A DNA stretch of 64,000 bases from Alphaproteobacteria bacterium (GTDB lineage Bacteria > Pseudomonadota > Alphaproteobacteria > Rhizobiales > Rhizobiaceae): contig JAJRQF010000054.1 of NCBI GenBank assembly GCA_024280375.1, forward strand, positions 1,877 to 65,876, in the 5' to 3' direction. Positions 62,628 to 64,000 of this stretch are shown here, piece after piece. The position numbers and the translations under genes are program-made. Within the stretch, counting starts at the first letter, position 1, and each line of letters begins with the position of its first letter. A model generated the notes under the pieces. It was not told the origin of the DNA. It worked only from the letters and a program-made list of their open reading frames with translations, and searched no databases.

Positions 62628-62910
62628 AACGTTCTATCTCCTTTTTATGCATGTATCTGGCGCTAATCGGGCGCAATAAAATGCTACTTGATACGTGGCG
62701 AAACATGAAAACAAGGAAAATTTTCCGACCTTCATCGTTTTCACCCACAGCATTAAAGCGCTCTTCCAATTTGGCAGGATAGGGGTCAGGCGTAATTGTT
62801 ATTTTGTTCTGAAAACATTGCTCGATTTCAAATTGGCTAACACCATGCTTGCCGCATTTTGGCCAATTACCTTTATCCCAATCAAATCCTGCGATATTTT
62901 CAAAGTTCAT
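62611..62910 (-). CDS. brnT: BrnT-family toxin (DUF497)
   Basis: The N-terminal FDWDKGNWPKCGKHGVSQFEIEQ is typical of BrnT. Confidence 0.85.
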   Translation of the reverse strand: MNFENIAGFDWDKGNWPKCGKHGVSQFEIEQCFQNKITITPDPYPAKLEERFNAVGENDEGRKIFLVFMFRHVSSSILLRPISARYMHKKEIERYEKRT

Positions 62911-62928
62911 GAACGACTATACGGCGTT

Positions 62929-62940
62929 TTGTACGTACAA
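62929..62940. promoter_or_regulatory. 12-bp perfect palindrome upstream of brnT (candidate operator)
   Basis: TTGTACGTACAA lies 19 nt upstream of the brnT ATG. Confidence 0.4.
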
Positions 62941-62969
62941 GTCAAATTTACTTAATACACCCCCACCCA

Positions 62970-63998
62970 TCAATTCACAGTTTCTCCCGGCAAAAGCGGG
63001 CCGAATTTGCGGTAGTGCATGGCTTCCAGAATGATTGCATTGGTGTTGACCGTGGTGGCGGTGTTGAGGCTGCCATCCACCTCGTAAATACCGGAACGCC
63101 AGCCATTTTTATCACTCCGCGTACCCATCACCCGCACCGCAAGCATTTTGGTATAGTCGGTATTATAGAGCGCGTTAAGCCCAATCGCCGCCTTGGTTGA
63201 AAGGCTGCGCATATCGCTCAAAACCGTGCCACTGGGCGAAACGCTGGCCCAGGGTTCGCCATTACCAAGAATGGTGTTGTAAACAAAATAAGGTGCCTTG
63301 TTTAAATGGTCTTCGCTGAGCGCGGTTAAAATACCGGTGCGCCGCCAGCGCTCCTGTTGCACGGCCAAAACATTGTCGGCCATCACCTTGATATCCGCAT
63401 CAAACCCGAATTCAAGACCAAACAGCACATAAGGCTCGCTGGTAATGAATACATTGGCGCCATAATGCTGCTTATCGCGGCTATCAACCGCAATGTTGAT
63501 GCCCATAATCTCGGTAAACTTAATATTGGCATCACTGCGCCTTGCGGCGCGCGCATCAATGCCCATTTTCAGCAGGGCCGCGGCCGAATATTGCTCATAG
63601 CCCAGCCGCCCCTCCTGCACATATTCTATTTTCTTCTTTTGACCATTGCGGCCGCCAAGCAGCACGCCGCGTTTGACGATTTCGCCCATCTGAAAGCGTT
63701 GAAGAATGTCTTCCGACCGGGCCTTCAGTTTAGGGTAAGCGGTCATAAAAATCTTCAACGGCACCATCAGCCGCGCCACATCAATTGCCGACCAGCCTAT
63801 GCCCTTGGGTGTCGGCAGGTTGGCATAATTCACCATGGCCAGCGTTTTGGTGTGGTAAACCTTATTGGGCAGCTGGCCATTGTAGAGATTGATTTTACTT
63901 AATGATTGCAACGCTTTATCAGCGCGCGCATGAAACTCCTCGCTGCTGATCAAATCAAGTCGCTCGGCGCATATGAGCGCAATCAGATGAGAGGCCAC
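62970..63998 (-). CDS. DUF3131-like protein (possible beta-glucan-related glycoside-hydrolase fold), 5'-partial
   Basis: The reading frame is open to the window edge, so the N-terminus probably lies outside. The family call is from general sequence resemblance only. Confidence 0.4.
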   Translation of the reverse strand: MASHLIALICAERLDLISSEEFHARADKALQSLSKINLYNGQLPNKVYHTKTLAMVNYANLPTPKGIGWSAIDVARLMVPLKIFMTAYPKLKARSEDILQRFQMGEIVKRGVLLGGRNGQKKKIEYVQEGRLGYEQYSAAALLKMGIDARAARRSDANIKFTEIMGINIAVDSRDKQHYGANVFITSEPYVLFGLEFGFDADIKVMADNVLAVQQERWRRTGILTALSEDHLNKAPYFVYNTILGNGEPWASVSPSGTVLSDMRSLSTKAAIGLNALYNTDYTKMLAVRVMGTRSDKNGWRSGIYEVDGSLNTATTVNTNAIILEAMHYRKFGPLLPGETVN

Positions 63999-64000
63999 AT

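Overview
This 64-kb window looks like an alphaproteobacterial chromosome segment, possibly Hyphomicrobiales/Rhizobiales-like. That placement is an inference from LpxI, a BA14K-domain protein and the gene order. About 90% of it is housekeeping. It carries ilvC, the ilvI-(DMT)-ilvH genes, miaA, serB, degP-hflKC, folA-thyA, ald-lrp, comEC, gltX and gltA. It also holds the long minus-strand block lpxB-lpxI-lpxA-fabZ-lpxD-bamA-rseP-cdsA-uppS-frr-pyrH-tsf-rpsB, followed by tenA-dnaE and dcp, plus one tRNA-Lys(CUU). I found no rRNA, CRISPR array, integrase or transposase. The clearest accessory region is a roughly 2.9-kb islet between dcp and a partial DUF3131-like gene (60.05-62.97 kb). It contains parDE, a REP-like repeat cluster, a PadR plus membrane-protein pair and brnTA, and the parDE cassette is bracketed by a ~60-bp duplication of the dcp 3' end. 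Features absent from the ORF track include:
- an Ile/Leu/Val-rich leader peptide and terminator upstream of ilvI;
- a folA whose conserved N-terminus has no canonical start codon;
- an rpsB with a ~140-aa C-terminal extension (Ala/Pro/Glu repeats plus a helix-hairpin-helix-like module);
- a 268-bp MITE-like element;
- several intergenic repeat families;
- a 16-bp x6 tandem repeat;
- candidate operator palindromes.

I did not recognise a clear multi-gene novel system. The best leads are the accessory islet, the orphan SF1B helicase with an adjacent hybrid kinase, and the His/Arg-rich glycine-zipper paralogue pair. All functional calls come from motif recognition by eye and need database confirmation.
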